Under the pieces are notes generated by a model. That model saw only the letters and a program-made list of their open reading frames with translations. It was not told the origin of the DNA and made no database searches. DNA of 64,000 nt, from positions 124,124,001 through 124,188,000 of the forward strand of contig OX597816.1 in assembly GCA_951406725.2 (NCBI GenBank), read 5' to 3'. Of the stretch, positions 51,976-64,000 are shown piece after piece; positions within the stretch are counted from its first letter, which is position 1; each line of letters starts with the position of its first letter. Made by a program: the position numbers and the translations under genes. Source of the DNA: Octopus vulgaris. Taxonomy: Eukaryota.

Positions 51976-53390
51976 GGGGCTGGACAAAATAATAGAAACA
52001 CCTTAAAATTTCAAACAAATTTATTTTAACATGGGGTAGGACCACCTTTGGCAGTAATTACAGCTTGAATTCTATGAGGTATGGACTTGTAAAAAGTTTG
52101 AATTGTTTCCAAAGGAATTTTTGTCCATTCTTCAGCTAAAACAGTCTCCAGTTCTTGTAGTGATGATGGGGGAGAATATCGACTCCTTACTTGTTTTTCT
52201 AAAATGCACCATAAATGTTCAATAATATTGAGATCTGGGGACTGTGGTGGTCAGATAAGATGTTCAGCTTCACTAGAATGTTCCTCGTGCCATTCAGTAA
52301 CAACTTTAGCTGTGTGAATTAGTGCATTAAAATCCTGAAAGATTGCATTTCCTTCCAGAAACAGTTCTGCAATAATAGGATGAACTTGATCAGATAAAAT
52401 GCTTAAATAGTCTTGACTATTAATTCTGCCATGAAGGGAAACCATCCAGCCAGTGGATGTAGTCCCCAGTTCATCACGGAACCTCCTCCATGTTTAACAG
52501 TTGGAAGAAGGCAGTCTGGGTCAAATGCTTCTTTTGGCTGTCTCCACACGTATACTCGGCTGGTGGTCAGAAATAAGGTAAAGGATGGCACATCCAAGAA
52601 AATAACATTCTTCCACTGCTCTAGGGACTAATTCTGTAGGTTTTTGCTCCACTCTAAACACATTGCAACGTTTGTTTTTGAAAGCAGTAGTTTTCTGATT
52701 GCATCCCTCCTGTGAAATCTGGCTTTGTGCAGCTCCCAGCAAACAGTTTTTTGGAAACTGGATTCCTGGGGTGGTCATTAAGCTCTGCAGTAATTTTGGG
52801 AGTTGTACTTTTGTGATCCTTTCTAACAATTCGCTTAAGAGTCCAAGTTTTGGTTTTCTTCCGGAGTTTTGTTTCAACGAGGTTTTTTCCTCTTTCTCAA
52901 AGGCTGTCATTGTTTTCAAGACAGTACTTCTTGATATACCAAGCATTTTGGCTATTTTCATTACCCTAGCGCCTGCCATACGAGCACCAGCAATTTATCC
53001 TTGTTGAAAGTCCGATATATCTGTCATTTTAATGAATTTTAATTACCTTTCTCTGGTGATATCTGAAAAACAAACTGCAATTTTAGCAAAACATATTAAG
53101 CAATGCTAATAATAACTCAAAAAACATAAAAATAAACAAGCTTTTGATGGTTTTATAGATATTTCAAAATTATGATGCTAGGTGTTTCCATTATTTTGTC
53201 CAATACCTATATGTATGTATATATATATATATATATATGGCAGGGTTCTTTCAGTTTCTATCTACCAAATCCACACACAAAATTTGGGCTGGTCGGAGGC
53301 TATAATAGAAGACACTTGCCAAAGGTGCCACACAGTGGGACTGAACCCAGAACCATGTGGTTGGGAAGCAAGCTTCTTACCACACAGCCA
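51690..53390 (-). mobile_element. SINE family A split by the Tc1 insertion (3' half 51690-51970, 5' half 53212-53390)
   Basis: The two halves are collinear with the 20664-21090 copy on either side of the Tc1 TIRs. Confidence 0.7.
51974..53209 (-). mobile_element. Full-length Tc1-family DNA transposon with decayed transposase
   Basis: TIRs TGGACAAAATAATAGAAACACCT / AGGTGTTTCCATTATTTTGTCCA, TA flanks; IAKMLGISRSTV (HTH), SGRKPKL, TVKHGGGSVMNWG, IFQD, PPQSPDLNIIEHLW; frameshifts. Confidence 0.92.
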
Positions 53391-54302
53391 CCAAAATTAC
53401 ATTTTGCCAAAAATTGGGGAAGAGTCTACATTTTATGGAGTATATATGTTTTATTATGTAAACTGAATTCCTTTCTACAAAATACATAATTTCATACAAA
53501 GTCAGTCAACTGCTAAAGCACAGTTATTTGAAAAAAAAACCAGAAAATGTACTCAAGAAAACATAACAATAATTTCCATAAAATCAGATGAATTTTATAA
53601 ATAAGAAATACACTCAACAGATCAAATAAAAATTTCAAAAACAACCATTAATGATGCTTGACAAGTATGTCTATAAAAAGCAATGCAGAAACAAAAAATG
53701 AAAAACAAAATCAAGAAACCAATAAAATGGTGAAAATCTTCCAAAAAAAACATTTCCCAAATAAGCAAAAATAAAATGTCATAAAATCAAATTTGTAACA
53801 AACCAATGGGATAAACACTCACAGGCAAATTCCTAATAGAAACATTACCAGTAAATTTTGGATAAAATCAAGATGCATGAACAAAAGAACAAGTCCATAC
53901 TGGTGGATTAAAAAAAGCTGGGTCCACCAAATAATACCAAATAACAGTGATTCTTGCCTGACAATCATTGTAACATGTAACTTGAGCTATGACAAAAGAT
54001 TTAGAAACATACATACATATGTACGTTTGTACATACAAGCATTCATAATCACAAAAACACACACACATCATTTGTCATTCATTTTATGTCCATTTTTCTA
54101 TGCTGACATGGGTTGTATGGAAATGCAAAGAAATTTTGAATGATAAATGGTGTATGTTATATGGATGAGATGTTGGCTATTTTCTACTTAGGTCACAATT
54201 CAAAATAATGTATTGAATGTATATATATATATAAATGGCCAGGAGAAAACATTGACTGTTAATTGACATGGGAAAAATATTTTGATTTTTAAGCATATAA
54301 TA

Positions 54303-55340
54303 TTGGGTTGGCAACTAAGTTCCCGCCATTTTATTTTTAAATTTTGGAATCTATCTTTTTTGAGAATTCTATTTTTGAATCATTTTTGAATCTATTTTGT
54401 TTTTTTTCCTAGTTAATTTTTGTTTATTTTCAGATCATTAAAATGGAACGTCAAGTTAAGAAAAACGAGTCTTTTTGACACCTCCTTTTTGCTTTTAATT
54501 AAGTTTCTAAGGCCGCAAAAGCTGCTTGCAACATTTGTGCTGTATATGGAGAGAGTGCCATGGCTGAAAGAATCGTCCATGATTGGTATGCCAAGTTCAA
54601 AAATGGAAATTATGACCTCAAAGGTGCACCTTGTTCTGGCCGTCCAGTTGAGTTCGATGAAGAGCGATTAAACCAGCCTTTGCACAAAAATTCTCATCAA
54701 ACAATAAGGAACTGGCATAGAAAATGGAATGCTCCCACACTGCCTTAGAGAAGCATCTTCACTCGATGGGAAAGTTTCAGAAGTATGGAGCATGGGTTCC
54801 GCATGCTTTAAGTAACAGCAACAAAAATTAACGAGCCACAATCTCCACTGGTTTGCTTGCTTGTCACCGCTCAACTCATAGACACAAGCTACAATTTCTT
54901 TACTGAATCATTACTGGCGATGAAAAATGGTGCCTGTACATCAATATGAAGCAGCATAAGGAATGGCTTAGCCCCAGTAAACAAGCAACACTGCACGTGA
55001 AACAAGATCTTCATCCACGTAAAACGATGTTGTGCATATGGTGGGACTGGGAAGGGATTATCCATTACGAATTACTTGAATGGAACCAAATGGTCAACGC
55101 GGAACTCTATGTTCAACAGATAGATTGACTCAACATGGCTATTCAAGAGAAAAGACCTAATCGGCAGCATGGAGTTATTCTGCCGCATGACAACACCCAT
55201 CCTCATGTTACCGATATGACCAAGGAAACTATTCAAATACATGGCTGAGAAGTGCTGCCACACCTGCCGTACTCTCCTGATTTGGCACCAATGGATTTCA
55301 ATCTCTTTCAAATGCTATGCACAGAGTTTAGTTCAATACT
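54303..55340 (+). mobile_element. Mariner-family transposon, decayed, 3'-truncated
   Basis: TA-TTGGGTTGGCAACTAAG left end; ITGDEKW, MLCIWWDWEGIIHYELL, HDNTHPH, PYSPDLAPMDF. Confidence 0.9.
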
Positions 55341-55344
55341 GATG

Positions 55345-55346
55345 CA

Positions 55347-55399
<53 letters not shown>

Positions 55400-55424
55400 G
55401 TCTATCTATCTATCTATCTATCTG

Positions 55425-55505
<81 letters not shown>
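55345..55505. repeat. (CTAT)n then (TA)n microsatellite
   Basis: Direct inspection. Confidence 0.9.
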
Positions 55506-55507
<2 letters not shown>

Positions 55508-55747
55508 TGGCACGTTAAAAGCACCAACCGATCGTGGCCGATGCCAGACTCCCCTGGCACCTGTGCCGGTGGCACGTAAAAAGCACCCACTACACTCGCG
55601 GAGTGGTTGGCATTAGGAAGGGCATCCAGCTGTAGAAACACTGCCAGATCAGACGGGAGCCTGGTGCAGCCCCTGGCTTCCCAGACCCCGGTCGAACCAT
55701 CCCACCCGTGCTAGCATGGAAAACGGATGTTAAACGATGATGATGAT
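55505..55747 (+). mobile_element. Young RTE-type 3' tail copy (CpG-rich)
   Basis: GGTGGCACGTAAAAAGCACCCACTACACTCGCGGAGTGGTTGGC...GTTAAACGATGATGATGA. Confidence 0.8.
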
Positions 55748-55755
55748 ATATATAC

Positions 55756-55804
<49 letters not shown>

Positions 55805-56668
55805 AAATACACTTTAACTGAAATAAAGTTTTCCCAATATTAAACATATACAAAGTATATTTATAGCAACTCACACACACAAACATACACACTTGTTTAT
55901 ACATACAATTCATCATACACTTAAACAACCACATACATACTCTCATGCATACAAATATTTTACCCAAACATACCCATAAACACTCCCAAACATTCACATA
56001 CACACACACAATTTACCCGTACATAAAAATACAAGCAAAGCAGACCCAAGCAATCTTGGCTGAATGGGTTGTGTCTTGTGTCTCTAAAGTGTAGAAAGTA
56101 TGTTTTTTAAGGAGCATTTTTATGTAGATTTTTTTAAACTTCAAGGTGACCACTTTCATGAAATGTCACTGTATAGGATGTGGCTTCCTTGAGCACTAGG
56201 CCCAACTGGGAACAATCAGTCCAATTAGCTTAAGGCTGGCCCTGAATACAGGGTAGCCATGTATCTCCTCTGTAGCAAAGACACTCATACATGTCTCTCT
56301 TCTTACTTTAGCCTTTTCACACTTGGCATAGAGCCATCCCTGTCTCTGCTACAAACCAACTCAGTTGAGAGTTTTGTTTTTGTATTACTAGTTACTAAGT
56401 ACCCTCACTTGTGTAAATGTGACATAAAAGCAACTATAAGAAAGTTAACGTTATGAATAGCATCCAGAGCAAATACTGGAGCTCAACATAGTCCACCAGT
56501 TGGATTCATTCAAACTGTCCTGCATATGTGAGCATGAAAAGCAGACATTTAATGATGATTGTGCTATGAGTAGATTACAAGTTTATTATTCTTTAACAAG
56601 AATAGTATTGACAGTCAATACTATTTTTGGTGAAGTATAACACAGACATCCATACATACATACATACA

Positions 56669-56699
<31 letters not shown>

Positions 56700-57813
56700 T
56701 TCAACCAGACCATCAGATATTGTTATTCATCACTTCCTCATATCATAGCTTTTGAATGATACCACCTCACTGGCTACAGACATACATTCATACATACACA
56801 CATGCATACATACATGCATGCATATATACATACATGCACACATGCACACACATACATACACACACACACACATTATGAATGATATAATGTGATATGGTAT
56901 CATACAAGAACAAGGCACATAGTGAAATGCAATTTTCAAGTTCCATTCATTTTATATTGTCACAGTAGGAGGAAAGAGAATTTAGATAATGGCAATATAT
57001 TGCATTCATAAGAATAAGCATACATTGGTTAGAGCTAAATTTAGTCAAATTTACTGCATAACATTTTTGTTTTGAGTAGGTGTATGTTCATATTTTATGT
57101 TTCAGTATGAACTAGTCTCTACTCTGCAATTTGTACTTATACACATTCAAATACAGATAAATTATTATACCTCATACACATAGTTATTATACATTATAAA
57201 TGAACATTTTCTAATACACGTAATCCATATCTATTGACATTAATTCAAACTATAGGCAGGTATCAAGGTAAATCTGTATTTATTCTCACTGTTTGTTGAA
57301 TCAATGCTGATTACTATCCTTCATTTATCATTATAAGGACATTTAATGGAAGTTAACTTGTGTATGATTTATAAGATTACATTGTACAGGTCAAATATTA
57401 AGCTCACCCAATACTCGGTTTAAATGTTTAGCTTGTTTAGATGTAGCAAAAGTGAAATGGTCAAATAGATAAAGTATTGAGGTATGAGATATATAACTTG
57501 AGTTCAAACTCACTTTAGATGTTTCATTATATCTATTTAAAGTTTTACACTGAATTCTGCATATTTCAGATATGTAGCAGATTATCAGGGAATCTTACCT
57601 TACTCGCAGTGGCATTCTAACCAATGGCAATCCACTTATTGTTAAGTAAGACATCAAAGATAACCAAAGATTAGGTGACCTTTGAGTTTTCAGACATGTT
57701 TACATTTTTGTTATTGAAAGGTTTCAAGCAGTATTAGTAATAACTTGATTCTGAGGACAGTGTTTAAAATAAGTGCAGTAACCCCTCTGTAGCTAAGTTG
57801 GGAAAGGAAAATA

Positions 57814-58381
57814 TTGGGTTGTTCGGAAAGTTTGTGCCGATTTTTAAAGGGAAGAAAAAGGTCAATAAATACTTACCATTACATTTTTAATCAACCATAT
57901 ATGAACCATTTTGTTGCACAATGCGTCTCCATCTTTCCTTTAACTTGAAAATACCATCTTCCCAGAATTGAGGTGGTTTCATGGTAAAGAATTCATCAAG
58001 GTATCTTTTTACGTCATCCAAGGAATTGAAATTTTTACCATTAAGACTATTCTGCAGAGACCTGAATAAATGGAAATCCGAAGGAGCAATATCTGGTGAG
58101 TGTGGAGGGTGCGGTAACACATTCCAGCCGAGCTGCAACAATTTTTGTCTGGTTCCCAAAGCATCAAGTGTCGAAATAGAACTTTCTTATCTTCTATTTT
58201 AAAGGGTTACAGAATTAACACAGGTTATAGGAACATAAACCTTCTTCCACAAAAAAAGATAGCTTAAACTGTGCTCTAAATGGAGGTGTAGTCAAATCCT
58301 ATTTTATGGACTCAAACATGTTCTAAAATAAGTTGAAATGTAAGCTACTATAAATCGGCACGAACCTTCCAGACAACCCAA
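57814..58381 (-). mobile_element. Internally deleted mariner with both TIRs
   Basis: TIRs TTGGGTTGTTCGGAAAGTTTGTGCCGATTT / AAATCGGCACGAACCTTCCAGACAACCCAA, TA flanks; C-terminal VLPHPPHSPDIAPSDFHLFRSLQNSL...GIFKLKERW. Confidence 0.92.
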
Positions 58382-61314
58382 TATAACTTCTTCCTGTTAT
58401 ATGTTGAAGATATGTTAATGACGTTATCCATGGTGTTATTTGTATTTCAGTTCTTTATTACGAATATAAAAAGTGGTAGTGGTAGTTAATTTTCCCTCTC
58501 ATTTAATTATCATAGAAACCTCCACACCATTTATCCCTATATCTTGTTTACAGCTTGAATAAACACATCTTAGTTACCAACTTTAAAAGAGGAAACTTTA
58601 CTGTGGCCACCTGATTTGTTCACTATGTATGGTAGCCCAGATCTCCCATAAATTCTCTGCAATCTTCAAAATGAAAGTAACATGTGTTAACATAGCATAC
58701 CAACAACAAAATAAGAAAGACCACAGTAAGCATTCTAATGAAACAATTCTTGGATGAGCTGCCTTTGTGGTGGGATTTCATTTGCTTTTCATTTTCACAG
58801 CTAGCTAATGTCTTATTCTACATTGTTATTCCTTGAGGTATGTTTGACTAATTAATCTGCCACAGAGTTAATTTTAAATATAAGATTGTCTTTTTGTTGG
58901 CCTCAACACACAAGCAGCTAGTTACTTAGCAGAGTTATTTAATACATGCATCTACAGTAGTAACCCTGTTATTTCTAATTGAACACTTAATGATTTTGTA
59001 GTGTACAAATAGTTTTATTTTGATTTAGCAGGAAATTTTCAAAATCAAATTAATCTTATTTCTTAGAAATACGCCTAATTTAGATAATCAGCAGATTTAA
59101 TAGTTACTATTTTTTTTTTTTAATTTCCGACAAACATTAACTAATTATCTTTTACAAATGTTTATACAATATTCTAATTTCCATTTAATGGGAAATCATT
59201 GCTAATTCTTTGATGGCAGTGTCCAAGAAATTCAGCAGGTTAATTTCAAATTAAATGAAGCAAATTTGTTATCTTTGTTGAAACTGTGGAACCAGGTTCC
59301 ATTCCAAATTTACTTCAAGACATATATTTATAAATTTGAGGCATTCAATTAATGAACCTAAATTTATTTTCAAACCTTATCACTCATATTCTTTTGAATT
59401 TTTAGAGATAGATCACTGCATTTATTTTAGCTTATCAACTTTTAATAAATAGAGAAGGTTACGATAGATATCCAACCATTACAAAACTTGCTCCAACAAT
59501 TCAGGAAAATGACTAAATCTCCGGAACTATTAAAACCATTCTGGCATTAGAAAAATGTGAAAGCATAAACATTGGAACCATACCAGAAGTCATTCACAGT
59601 TTCTACTGGAGGCATATAAATTTTACATTATGCATTATGTTAATCATAAATGCTTTCAAAGTTTATCTATACTATATTGGGTTGGATTGTTTTCAAATTA
59701 TCATATTTATCTATCATAGTTAGAGTAAATGCTTGATAAATGTATATCTGAAACTGCCTTAATGTCCACCATGTGACTGTAATGATAAAGTGGTGTGCAT
59801 CATCAGCTGAAATAAACAATTTCATGAACTTTGAATAGCCATGTTCCTGGCTTGATAACAACAGGAGGGGCTGTCAGGTTAAGATATAGGAATTCTGAGG
59901 ATATGATCATGAGCTCACATCTTATAACAAACAATATATTAAATACATATAAATTACTATAGTAAAAAATTAAGTGTGGATTAGGAATATATACTGGATA
60001 TCTACCCTCTTCTTTGTATTTTACAAATGGGGACAACTGTTTTTTTAAATTTTTAGTATATTTGCTTCATTCTCAGTGCATTTTTGCATATAGTGAGAGA
60101 TACATGAGTTTTAACTCTTCTTTCTAGTAAACAGGTGCATATTGTACCCTGATTTTTAATACATACATATAAATAGACAGACAGACAGATAGATAGATAA
60201 ACCTATTTACCACCACAGTCCATATGACTTATAATAGACCATTTTTACTTCAATGTAATCCTTGCTTACAAGGTTACTGATAATCAGATTTGAAGCCCTA
60301 CATTCTGAAGTCAGGCTGATATGTTTATATTGTTCTGACAATTATTGTAATATCATAACTAAGAATACATAGCAATATTAACCCTTCTTAGGGCTTACAT
60401 TTCAACCTTAAAAGAAATTATCTGCTGCATGGGCTGCAGTCATTCCTCCAAACCATTCCCCCCCATGACACTTCATCATTTGGTTTTGGCAGGAGCAGTG
60501 CTTAATGTGATATCTAGTGTAATACACTTTGACAGATGCCAATACATTGAACACTTACTATTTATTGATGAATGCTAATACATTGAATACAGAGTATTAA
60601 TCCACTATCATTCCTTTCTCTCCTACATCATTGTTTTTTTAACATCTGTTTCTTAAAGCTTGCATGGATTAGAAATATTTTCATGCATGTCAGTGTCATT
60701 CAACTAACAGATCATATTCGAATTATTTGTTTCCAGCATTTACTGACCTATATTTAGTGCCCAGTCCTTACACTTTTAACAAAAGCTCATACTTTTAACA
60801 AATGCTTCATATAGGGTGCTTGCTGCACATAGAAATAAGAATAAGTTTTTTTGCAGAAGTTCTAATAGCACCCTGATATTTCTTTGTGGCATACATTTTT
60901 GTTACAACCATCCTTAACACTTATCCTGCCAACTAATTTAAATTTATTATTTGCTAGATCTGTATGTCATTTCCAACAATTCCAAACATTAATAACTGTC
61001 CCTTAGGGTATTGTGCATCATGGAGTACAGGTAATTTCCTGGCAAGCTGAGTCTTTGAACCAGAGTTAATTTTGACAAGTAGCCCTGTCACTTCATTTCA
61101 TTTGATAGTACCCTTTCAGAATAAAAATAGTAAAAAAAAAGCATGAACAAACTTATTTCCTCTCTCATAAATCTTAAGCATTTCTCACTGGTTCAAAGAT
61201 TTTTCAAACTGAGTTTTACACATGTTATCTAAATATTTATGGATGTTCTAAGTTCTGATACCTATTAATAAGTTCTGCACCCATTAAAGCAAGTTAATAT
61301 ATCTGAAGTCATGA

Positions 61315-61750
61315 AGGTTGCGAGCTGGCAGAAACGTTAGCACGCCGGGTGAAATGCTTAGCGATATTTCGTCTGCCATTACATTCTGAGTTCAAATTCC
61401 GCCGAGGTCGACTTTGCCTTTCATCCTTTCGGGGTCGATAAATTAAGTACCAATTACGTACTAGGGTCGATCTGATCGACTTAATCCGTTTGTCTGACCT
61501 TGTTTGTCCCCTCTATGTTTAGCCCCTTGTGGGCAATAAAGAAATAAGAAATGTTAGCATGCCAGGCAAAATGCTTAGTGGTATTTCGTCTGTTTTTATG
61601 TTCTGAGTAAAAATTATGCTGAGGTCGACTTTGCCTTTCATCCTTTCGGGGTCGATAAATTAAGTACCATTTGCATACTGGGATCGATCTAATCATCTGT
61701 CCCTCTACCCCCAAAATTTCAGGCCTTGTACCTAGAGTAGAAAAGAATAT
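61315..61750 (+). mobile_element. SINE family B head-to-tail dimer
   Basis: Two consecutive GTTAGCA..GAAATGCTTAG..GAGGTCGACTTTGCCTTTCATCCTTTCGGGGTCGATAAATTAAGTACC units. Confidence 0.88.
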
Positions 61751-62003
61751 ATCTAAAGTCATGACCTACTTTTCTATCTTTTATTTGTTTCAGCCATTTG
61801 ACTGTGGTCATGCTGGGGCACCACCTAAAATGCTTTTACTTGAACAAATTGACCCAGGACTTATTTTTTTAAAGCCTAGTACTCATTCTGTTGGTCTCTT
61901 TTGACACACTGCTAAGTTACAGGGGTGTAAATACACAAACACCAGTTGTCAAACTCTGGTGGGAGATAAACTCAGACTCAAAGACAAACACAGATATAAG
62001 TAG

Positions 62004-62072
<69 letters not shown>

Positions 62073-62220
62073 TGCATACAAAATTAAGAGGAATGACCAC
62101 TTAAGTGTCATTCCTCATAATTTTTAATCTTCAAATTTTCAAAATATGCTAAGCCACTGGTTTTAATTGATTACTATCAATTTCTACCCTCATTATTTAA
62201 TTTATATATATATATATATT

Positions 62221-62885
62221 GCGTGAATTTACAAAATACTAAAGACGAAGACAGGTGTTTAAACAACAAACAGATGTATAAGTTTAATGCTTGGGAAATG
62301 AGAAAGTCTGTTATGTTTCAAGCCTATGCTCTTTGACAGAAAGGAACACAGAAATAAACAGGGCTAGAGGAGAGGTGGGTGGGAGGAAGTAGGTGTGAGA
62401 GGAAGAGAGAAGAAATGAGGAGGGTTAGAGGAAGAGGGGATGAGAGTTGAGCCCATGTGGCACAAAGGAACAAAGAGAGAAGATTAATCCCTGCTCACGG
62501 CAAATACGGTAGTCTGGATGGCCCCTGTGGAAGGACAGTCCAAACACAGACAGGTGTTGTAAAGTGTGATCGGTAGAGCAGAAATGGTGAGAGACTGGAG
62601 TGTTGTTGCCGAGTCAGATGTCTCGGATGTGTTCCGCGAACCGGTCAGCCAAGCAGCGTCCCGTTTAACTGATGTATAGAGGACAGAGAGAGCAGAAGAT
62701 GCAGTAGATGATGTTGCTAGAAGTGCAAGGGAAGGAGTCAGTGATATGATAGGATCGATGGTGGGTGCCTGTGAGGAGGGTGGTGTTGGAGAAGTAAGGG
62801 CAAGTGTGACAGCATGAGCAGGAGCAGGGGAACGAACCAGGTTAGGAGGTTGGATTAAGGAAGAAGCTGTGGACCAAGAGGCCTT
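62221..62885 (-). mobile_element. Penelope-like element 3' fragment (endonuclease remnant, 3' UTR, hammerhead-like motif)
   Basis: GIY-YIG pseudogene followed by a pyrimidine-rich UTR and the motif at 62307-62344; (TA)n on both sides. Confidence 0.85.
62425..62880 (-). pseudogene. GIY-YIG endonuclease of a Penelope-like element, preceded by a Cys cluster (Neptune-like)
   Basis: Frame absent from the ORF track: PGSFPCSCSCCHTCPYF...FPCTSSNIIYCIFCSLCPLYIS*TGRCLADRFAEHIRDI*...PVSHHF...REQGLIFSLCSFVPHGLN; three in-frame stops. Confidence 0.85.
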
Positions 62886-64000
62886 GTGTATATATATATT
62901 TTTTTTTTCACACACACATACACACACAATAGGCTTCTTTTAGTTTCTGTCTACCAAATCCACTCACAAGGCTTTGGTCCACCCAGGGCTATAGTAGAAG
63001 ACACACACATACCAAAGGTATTACACAGTGAGACTGAAACCGGAACCATGAGTTTGGGAAAGAAGCTTCTTACCACACAGCCATGCCTATGTGTGTTTTT
63101 TCTTTTTTATTTCAGTTTCTATAAAATATTTTTTATGATGCAAATGTAGCTAAACAGTCAAGTAGTTTGTTTCTCAGTCATAAAGCTCTAAATTAAATTC
63201 CACTAAGTGATATCAGCATCTTAGTCAAGTGTCTTTAATTATAGGCCTAGATTGATAAACCCCTTCTAAGTAAAATTAAATTAGAGAGACAGGAACTGTC
63301 TGGAAGCTTGTCAGTTGGATTTTACTTTTCTTTCATAGGTTTGGCCTTGTCACAAATCATATTATATTAATTCAACTTGAGAATTATCTTAAGAGTACGC
63401 ATAGCTGTGGAATACTCAACCATTTATTAATTAATTTAATGAGTAGGCAGTTCAGTTAATCAAAGAATTTAATGCCCATCATTGAAGCCAATTAAGGATT
63501 GATCATCAGCTTGAAGTCGTTAGTTTTTCTTGTCTGCATGATGAGATAAGTTGTATTCAGTTTAATCCCCAGCAAAGGTTGGTCATATGACTAATTAAAA
63601 GAAATCAATGTATCTTTCAACCAGGAGCATACCAGTAGCAGAAACAATAAGCAATAGATAAAATGTTGTCTTGCAATATTTAGCTTTATCTCATTAGAGT
63701 CTAAGCTTGAAACCTGTTAAGGTTGATTTTGCATTTTATCTTTCTGGAAGTTGATCAAATAAGTGGTTAATGGTGAAAAAGAAAGGTAGATGGCAGTGAA
63801 AAGGAATGCAGTAGGCCACTAAATATAGGAGGAAGGAAACCCAGTTTGAGACAGTACAAGTTCATGCAGTGGTCTCTGTGGCTAAGCAATATGTTCATCC
63901 AAAGGTTCAGAGTTCAATTCCCACTCAAGATGGTATTTAAATAAAAGCAGAAGAATACCTAGGAGTCAGTACTTAGATAGAACCAGTTCCTTAAGAGTGT

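Larger units (their letters stand above)
61775..63090 (-). mobile_element. SINE family A halves (61775-62075 and 62930-63090) bracketing the PLE fragment
   Basis: 3' half and 5' half are collinear with family A and separated at its internal microsatellite. Confidence 0.6.

Noticed and set aside
62484-62927. 147-aa Ser/Thr/Pro-rich ORF from the track
   Set aside because: Off-frame shadow of the GIY-YIG pseudogene

Overview
AT-rich, microsatellite-dense eukaryotic DNA with no supportable intact protein-coding gene. It is probably intronic or intergenic animal sequence, and the SINE/RTE/microsatellite repertoire resembles an octopus genome (inference). Almost all listed ORFs are translated simple repeats or decayed transposon ORFs. 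The window is a mosaic of tRNA-derived SINEs (at least four families), RTE LINE fragments (one family carries a PHD-like finger just after the RT catalytic motif), R4/Dong-like RLE LINE fragments with (TAA)n tails, Tc1, mariner, hAT and piggyBac-like DNA elements, two non-autonomous Helitrons and a Penelope-like (PLE) GIY-YIG remnant. The most interesting signal is non-coding: several minimal type I hammerhead ribozyme motifs. One has an intact catalytic core (47090-47165), one sits in a composite element driven by a tRNA-like Pol III head (37001-37297), and one lies in the 3' UTR of the PLE endonuclease remnant. All coordinates were read by eye, so element boundaries lacking a TSD or TIR are approximate.
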